64,000 nucleotides of DNA from Octopus bimaculoides (Eukaryota): NCBI RefSeq assembly GCF_001194135.2, contig NC_068997.1, positions 13,722,542 to 13,786,541 of the forward strand, given 5' to 3'. Positions 23,061 through 35,756 of the stretch are shown here, piece after piece; the stretch's first letter is position 1; each line of letters begins with the position of its first letter. A program made the translations under genes and the position numbers. Below the pieces are notes generated by a model, which was given only the letters and a program-made list of their open reading frames with translations, was not told where the DNA came from and ran no database searches.

Positions 23061-23884
23061 GTGGTTTGGATAGGACAGCGACTAAATGGATAGGATGAGG
23101 ATAGCAAAGTGGAAACGTACGGAGATGTGGTTATTGGGATGGAGCGGAGACAGGCCAAACCACTTTTCTTCCGTTCTGCCACCTTTGTCTACCTTACACA
23201 TCACTGATAATGGACTAAACAGATACACATTGTACTTAAATATATGTTTTAATGCAACTACAACAGCAACAACATCAAGAACAACTACAAAATCAATATT
23301 GAAAGAGGAAAGAGCAAATGTACACGAGAGTGTATATGTTCGTTTCTGTATGTGCTGTATTTTTGTGTGAGTACTACATGTATACGTTGATGTGTGTGTG
23401 TGTGCGTTTAAATTTCTCAGCACATAACTGTTAGGCTGTGTGTGAATGCAATTTTTAAATAAGTTAAGAGGAAGTTGAGAGGAAAGCAAGACAACGAATA
23501 GCAACCCTCATCACTATGGTCCCACATCCCACCCGTCCAAATTCGTAGGAACTATGTAGCGTTTGAAATTCGATATGAACATCTGTAGTTCAAGACCTAC
23601 ATGGAGAGAAACATTTACAGAGGGTTGTGTATTCTGGACGGCTGCATCTCTCGACTAAGAATGATCGAGGAAGGAATTGAATGCGAATGGGGAGCCTGCG
23701 TTGAGAGTGTAACACTGACAAGATAAGAAAAAAAAAGCAAGGATGTGCCATGGTGCTACAACTTAGCATCAAGTCTGACAGACTTATCATCGAAATATTC
23801 GAGCCGTGGTTATCTCGTTTCCTGGTCATATCTACGACAACATAATCGATAGCTGGTTCTTTAAATTTATTTCTATTTGCTGAG

Positions 23885-24410
23885 TTATAGTCTCGAGGAT
23901 GGAGCAGTGCTCATGTCCCTTGCAAGCCCTGTCATTCCCGTAAGGTCGATGCTATTAATTCTGTGTTTAAGCTGTTGCAATTCAGCATGTGTAGAAAATA
24001 GATGAACAGGGAAGAGATTACAAAAGGCCAATGTTCCGGAGAGAAAAGAAACCGAGGTTAGTGCGGGGCTCAGAACTGGACGGAGCAAGAGAGACGAAAG
24101 ATTCAGCGGCAAATGGATTGTGATCCTTAACTGGTGAAAGAGCAAGACCACACCACCCTGAGGAGCAGAGTTCATTATAGTAGCGGTAGAAAAGAATAGA
24201 GAATCGGGACAGCATACCTATGAGACAGGAGCTCGAGAATATTAGATTACCAGTCAGTTGAGTGGCCCTCCTCTGCACTCAGATATATTTGTCGTACGTT
24301 GCAGCAGTAAGATCGAGAATTTAGGTGGGGGCGCAGTTATCTATCGTGAGAGTCTGTAGGGTCTTGTAGAATGCAAGCTGTTGTTGGAGTCTGAACTAGC
24401 TTCTGATATA
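23885..24410 (-). pseudogene. 3' end of a CR1/L2/Jockey-group LINE ORF2, frameshifted
   Basis: Minus-strand peptides LAFYKTL, QRRATQLTG, SILFYRYYNELCSS and SFLSGTLAFCNLFPVHLF...LQQLKHRINSIDL follow the order of conserved LINE ORF2 C-terminal motifs (LYK..., QRRA.RLI, LFYRYY..CS, SF.PRT...WN.LP..VF...L..FK..IN). Confidence 0.8.
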
Positions 24411-25874
24411 TATATAATGGGGGGAAAAGCTTTTTTTTTCTTTCTTTTAGGTATATAATAAATATATGCTAGTGTATCATTTTGGTCGAACTTCCGTCAA
24501 TTTTTTTGCAGTTTGTTTGGTTTGATAAGGTTTCCTTATCTGTCATAAACGTATCTACACCATCACTCTCTCATCCATAGGATAAAGGAATACTGGATCT
24601 GAAACTGCCTCTTCATAGTAAACAGAAACAATACAAATTTGTTTGACGTCACTGCCAGAATTTCAATTTTTACTATTGTATTCGTACTTTATCATCTAGG
24701 GTGTATTTATGTTTGTGACTAGTGCGTGTTTTTTTTTTCAATATCATCTCAAATCGTCTATCGATCTGTGGAATCTGGTACAATAAAAATGTATGTCCTC
24801 CAATCCTTCCTTATCGACCTTTATGCTGTATGATGTTCTGCGTTGAAATTCCTCCGGATTTCAGATCTGTGGTATCAGCCATAATCAGCCAGTATTTTCA
24901 AGTACGAATCCTGGTTTCTTTTCCTAAAATCTTGTGCATAGATCGAAAGCTCCGTATATAATTTAGAAGAGTTTATTATTGATATATCATTTTTTTGCAT
25001 GTATATATCTTTTTTCATATATTAGGACGTTATGCACATATTTTTTTTTATATATGATGGTAATGTTTTATCAATTTTATTGTTATTGATGATTAACTAT
25101 CATGAGATTCAATTATACATAATTACATGAAATTTATTTATTATATTGGTTCTTATTTAGTCTAAACTTTTGTCACATCGGTTAAATATATCAATTTAGC
25201 AAGAACGCAATGTTAATAGGCTTGTATTATTATTAGGTAGGTATTTCAAACACTCTTGGACAAAATAAATATATTATGAACGACATCTTCGAACGTTCGA
25301 AACCAGCCAACGCGAGGAAAGATATTAATAATTAGTACTATTATTAGAAAAAAATGATAATGACACTGAATTAGATAAATATATAATGCAAATAGAGAAA
25401 TTAAAGTGAGTCAAATCTAAAAGTGACAACAGCCATGTGTGAAAAGTTCAAAGAACATTACAATAGATTACCAGGTTAAAAGTTCAGCCAAAAAGGGAAA
25501 AAACAGAAAACCCCTCGAGGCTTCATAAAACTCACTAATGACTGTTTATAGACAATCGCCGTGGAATAGTGTCAATGGTTTTGTTCGTAGAAGTGCGAGG
25601 ACATTTTAAACGCAATAAGAAATAATCGAAAGTGAATGTTATAGTGTTTATGCGTTTTCAAATATCTAAAGTGAATGGCGAAAATGATTCTTCCAGAATG
25701 CGATCGATTCAATTTTAATACAGTTCCAAATCAAGTGTCTTGTGTGTGTGTATTCCAATACACACACACGCATAGTCATACATACATTTATACATATGTA
25801 CGGATGCCCCGTGCATTCATTACATAGAACGGATACCAGTAAGAACGTACGTTTAATATTATTTTATACGTTAA

Positions 25875-26089
25875 GGCAGCCTGCTAGCAGAATCGTTAGT
25901 TCGCTGGACAAAATGCCCACTGGCATTTCGTCCGTCTTTACGTTCTGAGCTCAAATTCTGCCGAGGCCGACTTTGCGTTTCATCCGTTCGGGGTCGATAA
26001 AATAAGTACCAGTTGATCAGTGAGGTCTATGTAATCGACTTCCTCCTTACCTCGAAATTACTGGCCTTGTGCTAAAATTTGAAACCAAT
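25875..26089 (+). mobile_element. SINE family B, full-length
   Basis: Head GGCAGCCTGCTAGCAGAATCGTTAG, core GTCGATAAAATAAGTACCAGTTG and tail GTGCTAAAATTTGAAACCAAT. Confidence 0.88.
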
Positions 26090-26758
26090 AGAATTCTGCA
26101 CATTCATATGAGTGTATACAAACTATGGAACTACCAACACGACAAAATCTAACATTAGTTACGCTGTCAATGAGAGTAAAAAACAAAATGGAGAAAATAC
26201 GTGGAATGAAGTGAAATACGGAATAAAAACTGAAATGATGAATTTTAAAGGAGAAAGATATTGTGTGCTTCTGTTTTGCAAAAACGTTGGTAGACGCTTT
26301 TTTTTTTTTATTTTGAGTGTGTTTTCGTGTAAAATATTTTAATGTTCTTTAAGCACTTGAGGACTGTCACGCAGTAGATTTTGTTATGTTTCAGAGCAAA
26401 GTGTTACATATATTCTTACTCAGCTCGTAGAAGTTGTTCGTTTTGTTTGCAAAGGCGAACATGCTCAGTAGGGAATTTATTCCGTTCAGATCCCTTCTAC
26501 AGCTTCTGTTGGAAACTCCTGGCTTGATTTTCTGAATTTTAAGTGTCTTTTGTTTATTTGTGTGTATATGTGTGTTTGCGCGTGCGTTCGTGTGTGTGTG
26601 TGTTTAGAACAAATTCAAGTAGAATCTTGTTGTTTGTATTTGTTGCTGTGGAAGTTTATATTTTGTGAAAGAAAGCTTTCCATGTTACGTGTTTCAATGT
26701 GTGGTTTTATTATCGTATATTCCAATGAGAAACTTGGGGTATAAACTTATCTTCCTGC

Positions 26759-27330
26759 GTGGCGAAACAATTCAGTCTCCTAATCAACAATTACTTCCGC
26801 AAAGATAACAAACTTCACATTTTATTCTTTTACAGTAACAATATAAAAAAAGCAGTCATTACGTAATCTCTTCTTTCAGAAAATCATAATGTAGTATAAT
26901 AACTGAATCCTTCACAATAATAAAAAAATCCATAGCGAAAACATCTGTAATTGATGAAAGCGTCTTTTTGATAACTGATGCGTACATGAGTAACTTCATC
27001 GCTTATCAGGCCGTTACAACTAAGAAACTCTAGTTCTGTAACTTACGTCTGTTTGCAGAAATCTCAGTTAACAACCGATTATACCACCACTTAAGCTCCT
27101 TCAAACAACATCACAAAGAAAATATTACACTGCTCTTGAGATGATTTGCAAAGAGTATGGCTCTACCGGAATTGCAAGGTCTATGTTATAAAGAGCTATC
27201 ACCAAACAGTAATAGCTCAAAACGGTGTCAATTGTGTTTGACTGAGAAATATCACATCATATAACATCTAACGTGAAAAATGATCGAAATCTGCATTATA
27301 AAGCTTATGGTTTTAATAAATAAATAACTA
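26759..27330 (+). pseudogene. Penelope-like element ORF C-terminal remnant (linker, GIY-YIG, Cys-rich end)
   Basis: VAKQFSLLINNYFRKDNKLHILF (26759), CN**KRLFDN*CV (26946), IAYQAVTT (26998), TYVCL (YIG-like, shifted frame), NRLYHHLSSFKQHHKENIT (27073) and PNSNSSKRCQLCLTEKYHII* (27202-27264). The order is that of PLE proteins. Confidence 0.85.
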
Positions 27331-27913
27331 TATATTCTTGACTGACATTAACTAAAAGCAAACAAAAAAAGCTCTCGTAATCGTCTTACCAAAGACCAGA
27401 AACCTCCCCACTGTATCTTCATTCGCTTTTTAATGAAGACTGGGTCCAGAGATCTCTTCCTTTGCTGCATTTGATTACAATTTTTATCAAATCTAATGAT
27501 AATTCACTTGACTTTACTTAATATATATTTACCCACTACATTAAATACTTTAACTCGCACTCACATATATATACATATATATATATNNNNNNNNNNNNNN
27601 NNNNNNNNNNNNNNNNNNNNNNNNNNNNNNNNNNNNNNNNNNNNNNNNNNNNNNNNNNNNNNNNNNNNNNNNNNNNNNNNNNNNNNNNNNNNNNNNNNNN
27701 NNNNNNNNNNNNNNNNNNNNNNNNNNNNNNNNNNNNNNNNNNNNNNNNNNNNNNNNNNNNNNNNNNNNNNNNNNNNNNNNNNNNNNNNNNNNNNNNNNNN
27801 NNNNNNNNNNNNNNNNNNNNNNNNNNNNNNNNNNNNNNNNNNNNNNNNNNNNNNNNNNNNNNNNNNNNNNNNNNNNNNNNNNNNNNNNNNNNNNNNNNNN
27901 NNNNNNNNNNNNN

Positions 27914-28162
27914 GGCGTGCTAACGTTTCTTATTTCTTTACTGCCCACAAGGGGCTAAACATAGAGGGGACAAACAAAGACAGACAAACGGATTAAGTCG
28001 ATTATGTCGACCCCATTGCGTAAATGGTACTTATTTAATCGACCCCGAAAGGATGAAAGACAAAGTCGACCTCGGCGGAATTTGAACTCAGAACGTAACG
28101 GCAAATGAAATACCGCTACGCATTTCACTCGGCGTGCTAACGTTTCTGCCAGCTCGCCGCCT
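27914..28162 (-). mobile_element. SINE family B dimer (second unit runs into the gap)
   Basis: Full unit at 27931-28162 with the variant tail. The junction GGCGTGCTAACGTTTCT|TATTTCTTTACTGCCCACAAGGGG has the same breakpoint as the 2546-2585 junction. Confidence 0.9.
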
Positions 28163-28713
28163 TAAAAGATCTTCAGCATTAAAAATAAAATGTGTAGACA
28201 GTGATGGATGAATACCACAAAACCACAACCATCACCAACGCTATATTTACCACCGCCAACAAGCCCACGACCACCGCACCTACTTGTCCAACCACCACCA
28301 CTACTACCACCATTAAAAGAATCACCATTGACAACATAATAGACATAAGAAAACTTCAGAAAATAAAAAAAAAATGGTAATAAAGACAAAGAAAGGAAAA
28401 TAACGAGAAATCTCGAAGACTTGGATAAATGTATAAGTAAAGGAGAAACTAGAACAGGCTTGTTAAAAAAATTAAGATACGTAAAATTGAGATTGCATTT
28501 CAACGTTTTTATTTACCCTTTTTAACCAACGTAAACCACTTTAAACTAGTTTTTGTTTATAATTTAAGATTATACAATTCGCTACTTATATTTTGTCGTA
28601 ACCTTCCTTTTACGTAACATGAAGCAATGTAATTATTTTTTTCGCTTTCATATCCTCTTCAATAAGGACCTTATACACGCACACATGAATACATATATAA
28701 ACAGGAGTGTGCG

Positions 28714-28750
<37 letters not shown>

Positions 28751-29315
28751 ATATATACACGCCAACACATACATAAGTACGTGTATATTCACATGTGCAA
28801 TTATATGTGTTCACACACACACATTTATATAATACATATATTTAATTATCCATGCATATAGCTTTTTTAATGTAAATAAACACACACACATGTACATGGG
28901 TATATATACGAGATGTATAGATAATGGAATGAAAATCCTTATAAAGTGAAAGAGAAAGAAAAAGACAGGGATACATACATACATACATGCATACATAAGC
29001 ACACATGCGCATACACACGTATATGTGAATCAAATGAGATATGCTAATACATGCATAAATAAATAAATATATTACTATACAGAAAAAAGTTCGTAATATA
29101 GTTATTTTAAGAGATGAAATCGTATAAACTATTGCTTTTGAAAGATTTCTTTCTTTTGTTTATTATTATTATTATTATTATTATTTTGTATGCTTTGAAT
29201 TTATCCGAATATTTATTATATTAGCCTTTTCGGTATTCTGACATTTTCTTCTTGATTATAAGGTTTAATTTCACTCTATATTTTCCTCTCTCTCCCTGTC
29301 TCTCTCGCTTCGTGT

Positions 29316-29349
<34 letters not shown>

Positions 29350-30819
29350 GATATATATTTACACATATATATACACACACACACACATATACTTATATAC
29401 ATACATATACATATGTATGCATATATATATATGTGTGTGTGTGTGTTAAATGCACGCACGTGTGTATATGTAACGGAATATTTCATTGAATTTAATTCGT
29501 GGCCTATCGGATTGAACTTGAATCTTCGAATTGATAGAGTCGCATCATCGACCAGAAAAAATCTTATCTTTATGATAAGGGAACGAAACACGCTGTCTTC
29601 ATCAGTTACAATAATAAACTTAATTCATTCTACGTCATTCTAGAGTGAATTGCCGCATGAAACAACGTTACCCTGGTCTATCGGTGATACGTAGCTTACA
29701 GTGACGTTGTTTCTCAAGAGAACCCACAGTTGGCAAATGGCTCAAAAACATACTTTACAATTGATGTATACAAACAGAATCCGCAAGTACTTTATTCTGA
29801 TAAGCTATAGTATATAACCAGGTGAAGAGATCTGCAGTAAAACCAGTTGAATGACAAGACAGCAACAAAACAGCGGCAGTTGAATTTGGAGAGAGTATTC
29901 GGGAAGACAGCAGCCCAAATTCAACAGAAGTAGCCTTACGTAATCCTATTCCGAGCTACATCATGTGGGAGTTCTTATAGCTAACAGCCTACAATATTAA
30001 ATACAGCTAGATAACAGAATATCATAAAACAAAGTATATTGAATTTTCTCAAGCAAATAACATTCACTACTACAGCTTACCGCAGAACGTTGTCAATCCC
30101 TACCTTGTCATCTTGGTATAGAGATTAATGCTTAGTAATTATCAACAAAGGGCGGTCTTACAATTTTACCTTGTGTTTAACCAGCCTGCTGCATTCGATA
30201 TATATATAGTTTGTTAATTATCTCAAAGCTTCAATTTCCATATTTCTATTTGTACAGAGCAAAAACAATATTTTATATTATTATCTTGGTTTTGAACCAT
30301 TCTCTGCATTTTGTATTCAAGAAATTCAAGGAATATATATATGTGTGTGTGTCTGTGTGTGTGTGTACAAGAGGAGGGTGAGGGAGCAAGGAGGAGCAGG
30401 AAAAATGAAGAATAGGATAAGAAAAGAATGGAGAGGAAACAATGTCACCTTTTCAAAACAGTTGCCATGATAATTACGGATCATGACCAAGGGTCGAACC
30501 TAACTTTCTTTTGTGATTTTTATTAGTTTTATTATATTTTTGGTTAAAATTGAAATTTATTATATTTTAAATTTATTTCCATGATAATTAATAATTTTAT
30601 TTTTGTTTTTCATATCTTTATGCTATTTAATTTCTTTTTTTTTTTTTTTTACGTTTCAAAGAATTTCAGAATCTGAGAATTCTTTGATGCATTCATGTCC
30701 TGTCTGGATCGCAATAAACATGGATCATCTTGCAGGCACGAATTGAAATATCTAATGCATCATTCTCGTCTCATTTCACTCCAGATGTTACAGGGCAACA
30801 GGATAAAAAATGGAACAGG

Positions 30820-31590
30820 ATATAAATGGAAGTGAGAGAGAGAGAGAGAGAAAATACAGAAAGGCGGGTAAAGAGAAAACTATAAAAAAATGAAATTAAA
30901 AAGATGATGAGAAGGGGAGATATAGATAGAGAAAAATAAAGTGTATGTGACAGAGAGAGAGAGTGAGAGAGAGAAAAATAGAGAGAGGCGGAGAATAAGA
31001 GGTATGAAAGACGTGAAGATGGATAGAATAAACCAGGAAAAGAAAGAAAATGTTGAGGGAGGTCTCAATGGATTTCCTGTCCATCTTTAAGAATGAAGAG
31101 AGCGCGAGAAATTCGGTGCAAGGGCGTACGAATGAAGGGCTTAGGTAAAAAGAAAGAAAAGAAAACAGAAAGGAAGCGAGAAAGAATAGTGAAAGAGAGT
31201 GAAAAATAGAAGGGGAATTATTAAGACAATGAGAAAAGGGAAAACGAGATTTAAGGAATTAAAGGAAAGAAAACATGGAGAGAACGAATTTGCGGAAAGA
31301 GAAAAGGAGAGAAAGAAAGCTGGAGACAAACCAGAGTAACTGAATAAAGAATTTGAAGAAAATGAAAGAGAGAGAGAGAAAGGGTAAGGCAGAGATAGGG
31401 AAAGATAATGTAACTACGGACAACTAACATGAGGGATGATACTGTTAGAAAATAAAGGAGAGAAAAACGGGAGAGAAAAAAAGGGCAAAAAGAAAAGGGT
31501 TGTAAAAAACAATAAAAAGGGTAACAATGAACGAAAAGTGAGAGGGCAGCTGGAAGGAGGGGCAGCTGAAAGGAAATAGGAGGGAAGACA
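30820..31590 (+). repeat. Purine-rich low-complexity tract
   Basis: AG/GAAA-rich degenerate repeats. Confidence 0.85.
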
Positions 31591-32439
31591 ATTCTGGACT
31601 TCAACTTTCGCCATATCACCCATTTGTCTCGCTTGCGAATATTCCAACCCTTAAATCCATTATTTCTATTCACGGTATTAGAAGCAATTTAAAACAAACA
31701 AACAAAAAAATAAATAAATGAAAACAATACGGAATAAAAATATAAACAAAAGACAAAATAATGTTAATCATTGATGTATGAAAATAAAAGAGAAAAATTG
31801 TTAACAGAGAATAAATTTTTTTTAATGACTTTTAAAAAATCTTTTTGTATTTTTCCGTGTTTTTTTCGTAATTTCTCTTGAATTTTTTCTCGTATTTTTT
31901 CAATATTCTGTTTATTTCTTTTTCATTTTGTTTGTTACTACAGGCAGACCGCGTCGTAGGACAAGCGTTTTTTTTTTTTTTAATTTTTTTTTAATGAATG
32001 AAATGAACTGATTTCAAATCTGAGTTTGGAAAGCTAATTCACGTAATATTCTAGTGCCCGATAGAAAATGAAATCGCATGAACATCACAACATCGAACTT
32101 GCTTAGATGCTTACTCCCATCGAGAATGTTAGATAGGTAAATATTTTATATTACAGAAACATCACTCTCGTAGTTGGTTTCTCTTAGCTTATGCAATGTT
32201 ATCTATCTATCTGTATATATATATATACATATATATATACAAACGTGTGTGTGTGTGTGTGCATTAAGCAGATTTACTGCCGTCACTCGCGAGCTCGTAT
32301 TGTTTGGTGGCGTGTTGTTGCTGATAGTTATAGTCACCTATTATGTTGCAAGCATATATATACGTCTTTTCATTCTTTCTAGCGGAACAGTTAGTATGCA
32401 GCTACTAGAGTAGAGGGAGGGCTTCAATAATATTCGGCC

Positions 32440-32583
32440 GCTGCTAATTTCAGCTCAGTAAACAGGCACAACGGGAAGAATAGAGCCATACACAAGGACA
32501 CAACACCACCCCCACTCCCAGCCTGAAAGTCGAACCTATGGTTCTTCGATCATGAGTTCGGCACCCTAACCACAAGGCAATCC
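32440..32583 (-). mobile_element. SINE family C (tRNA-derived), decayed
   Basis: Minus strand TTGTGGTTAGGGTGCCGAACTCATGATCGAAGAACCATAGGTTCGACTTTCAGG...TGTTGTGTCCTTG...TTTACTGAGCTG. Parallels the 52317 copy. Confidence 0.65.
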
Positions 32584-32589
32584 ACTTTT

Positions 32590-32870
32590 ATGTGAAAGCA
32601 TACGTACATATAGGCACAGAGAAAAACGGAAGCGTATAAGTAGTAACATAGACAAAGAGCACCCTTCATCAGCTGTGGATCTAGAGTTCACAGCGATTTT
32701 GTCTCTTTCGATCAATATCATTCGCTCCAGCAATGTCAACGGCTTCAAGCAGAAAGGACATTTAGGGAGAGGTTCTATTTTTAGGATGTCTGTAAAGGAC
32801 ACATTAATCGATATATTCTCCCTATTTTGAAGATGGTAGAGTGCAACTTTACGAATACTGGACTGCTACG
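32590..32870 (-). pseudogene. Possible I-group LINE ORF2 C-terminal (CCHC region) remnant
   Basis: Minus strand ILKIEPLPKCPFCLKPLTLLERMILIER resembles P-x-C-x2-C-x3-LT-x-x-HILIEC, and is preceded by a broken (L)KIG motif. Decayed, by-eye match only. Confidence 0.4.
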
Positions 32871-33282
32871 AGGTCAAGCAACCGCGTTGAAATGTCCTTA
32901 CAGGGACTAATGTCCTTATTCGTCTGAATAAAGTTTTTCCTTATAATTTGAAGCTAGTGCCTATCATCATTTAAAATAAATTTAATCTAGTTAAGAGAAA
33001 TAAAATTCTTTACATGGCTTTGGAATACTTCGATTCCGATTTCGGATTATTGAATTCCAATGTCACTGTTAATGGACTTTGTGAAATCAATCAACATTGC
33101 ACATACACTGTTAGCGAACCTTTGATATGTTCTGTTCACTCAAAAAATCATTATGTTAGAGATGCAATAACGATTACAACATTAAAACAGATGAGCTACC
33201 AAAAGTCTTAACCAACAATCCAACTTTTGTTCGCAAATGACGATGTTGTACGAAACATTTCTAATTTTAAGGACTATTAGAA

Positions 33283-33365
33283 GGTAGCGAGCTAAGAGAA
33301 TGGTTAGCACGCCGGGTGAAAGGCTTAGCGGTACTTCGTCTATCTTTACGTTCTGAGTTCAAATC
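33283..33365 (+). mobile_element. SINE family B, 5' half only
   Basis: GGTAGCGAGCTAAGAGAATGGTTAGCACGCCGGGTGAAAGGCTTAGCGGTACTTCGTC...GTTCTGAGTTCAAAT. Confidence 0.8.
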
Positions 33366-33756
33366 AGAGAATTGTATTCCTTCTTGAAACGAAAGTTCTC
33401 TAATATTAAAATTCTTACGATTGTTCTGACTCGAAGAAAATGATATATATTCTTTAATTAATGACGAGCTGTCAAATGTATAAACATACCAATTAAGCGA
33501 CTTACAACGGTAATAGCTTAATTTATGAGTCCTTTCTGTACTGGCTGACTATTCTGATACCCCCTTCCGAGTAGGTGTCAAACTGCGAAATGGTTAATCA
33601 GAAGCCCTACTTCTCATTTTTGCGCGCATCTAAAGGATAGAAGGAATGTGTTTACATTCATATAATTTTCTCTCAGAGCTAAGGCTTTCTAATATTTAAA
33701 TTCATATCGGTTCTGATTCGCGCTAAGTTGTACATAAAATACACAGTTACACACGC

Positions 33757-33794
<38 letters not shown>

Positions 33795-34120
33795 GTGTGT
33801 GTGTGTGTGTATACATACACACACACATATTCATACACGCATATATGTATATAAAGAGAGTGGGAAAAGGAAGGGGGAGAGATATTCGTACTATCATATT
33901 TGTTTTTGAAATAGCAAAATCATTTGAGCGTCGGACAAAATACCACGAACGTCGTATTACTTCCGTTTTGAGTTCAAATCTTGATGAAGTGAACAAAATG
34001 AACATCGTTTTTACTTCCTTCCATGCAACCACAAACTTTATTTTCTTCTTACTCAAAGTTTTCTAGCCATATACCTCTGAAAAAAACTCATTGCTTTTAT
34101 TATTATTGGTGATGATAATC

Positions 34121-34332
34121 GGCGGGGAGCTGGCAGAAGCGTTAGCACACTGGACGAAATGCTTAGCGGTATTTCGCCCGTCGCTACGTCCTGAGTTCAA
34201 ATTCCGCCGAGGTCCACTTTATCTTTCATCCTTTCAGGATCGATAAAATAAGTACCAATTAAACACTGGAGGTCGATCTAATCGACTCATCTCCACCTCC
34301 GCCAAACTGCTCTTGAGGCAAAAATTTGAAAT
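34121..34332 (+). mobile_element. SINE family B, full-length
   Basis: GGCGGGGAGCTGGCAGAAGCGTTAGCAC head through AAAATTTGAAAT. Confidence 0.88.
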
Positions 34333-35260
34333 AATTATTATTGATGCTGATGATGATGACGGAATGACGCCGATGATGTCATTGGTTTTACACGCTTATC
34401 TCTAATCTTCCTCACTCTTTCAATTCCATAACCGAAATCCATTCCATTCCACCCCTTGGTTCTGTCAAGTATTTTAAGAAAATATTTAAACGTCACAAAT
34501 TCTCATTTCTCTCATTTATTACTCGGAATTTTATTTTATTTTCTTATTTCTATTTTTTTTTTTGTACGAATATAAGAAACAAAGAAATTTTGGATCCCGT
34601 TCTCTTCTCCCTATTCCCCCCCTCTCTCTCTCTCTCTCAATCTCTGTTGCTTTTATATTATTTTCAGACCATATTCTCTGTCTTCCTTTTCGCTTTCATT
34701 TACTTCTCATTATTTTAGGTTATCTGTAAAATGAATGCTTCTACATTTTAAATTATCTCGTTATTTCTCTTTCCCCGCCTCTGTCTCTCTCCCTCCTTTT
34801 CTCTACCTAAACGTCACTCTTTTTCCTCTCTGTCTCTATTTAGATTCTTATCTTTCCCCCTCTTTCTCTATGTGTCTCAATGCCTGTTTTTATCCTTTAT
34901 TCTATCTTTCTATAATTTATATCACCACCACCACCACAACCACAGCTACCACCATCACCCACAACTATCACCACCACCACAACAAACACAACCGCAACTA
35001 TCACCTCAACTACAACCGAAACAACAACAACCACAACCACAGCTACCATCACAACCACAACTACAACCAACACTACCACCACCACCACCACCACCGCCGC
35101 CGCAATATCCCTCATCTATTATCTTCTTTTTTAACAAGCTTCACTTCTTTTTCCTCTACTTCTTTCCATCCTTTGTTTCATGATTTTATCCCCCCCCACC
35201 CTTACTAGTACTCCCTTTACACGTTTACCAACGACCCCCATCACCACCGCAGTTACCACC

Positions 35261-35419
35261 ATTGACCCCAGAGTTTAAGTGGTACTTAATTCATCGAACT
35301 CCGAAAGAATGAAAAGAAAAAGTCGAACTCAGTGGGATTTGAACTCAGAACATAAAGACGGAGGAAATGCCACTAAGCATTTTGTCCGGCATGCTAAACA
35401 TTCTGGTAGCCACCGCCTT
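35261..35419 (-). mobile_element. SINE family B
   Basis: Core AAGTCGAACTCAGTGGGATTTGAACTCAGAACATAAAGACGG and head end AGCCACCGCCTT. Confidence 0.8.
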
Positions 35420-35573
35420 ATTCTGTAAGAAATAGTAACCATATATGCCTTGATTCACACCCTACAGACTTGAATTAGAAAGATTTGAGCTATTGTAGTC
35501 TAGGGTTCACTATTAAAAGATATAAGACAAAAAGGTCACGGCTGGAACTGGAATGCTTTTGATTATAGTTCTG

Positions 35574-35756
35574 CGAAATGCTTAGCGGTATTTCGTCTGT
35601 CTTTACGTTCTGAGTTCAAATTCCACCAAGGTTGACTTTGCCTTTCATCATTTCGCTGTCGATAAATTAATTACTAGTTGCGTACTGGAGTCGACGTAAT
35701 CGACTGGCTCCCTCCCCAAAAATTTCGGGCCTTGTGCCTAGAGCAGAAAAGATTAT
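35574..35756 (+). mobile_element. SINE family B, 5'-truncated
   Basis: GAAATGCTTAGCGGTATTTCGTCTGTCTTTACGTTCTGAGTTCAAATTCC...GGGCCTTGTGCCTAGAGCAGAAAAGATTAT. Confidence 0.88.

Noticed and set aside
32660-32700. CUGAUGA on the minus strand at about 32666-32672 (likewise 29609 and 5704)
   Set aside because: No stem II plus GAAA follows at a usable distance.
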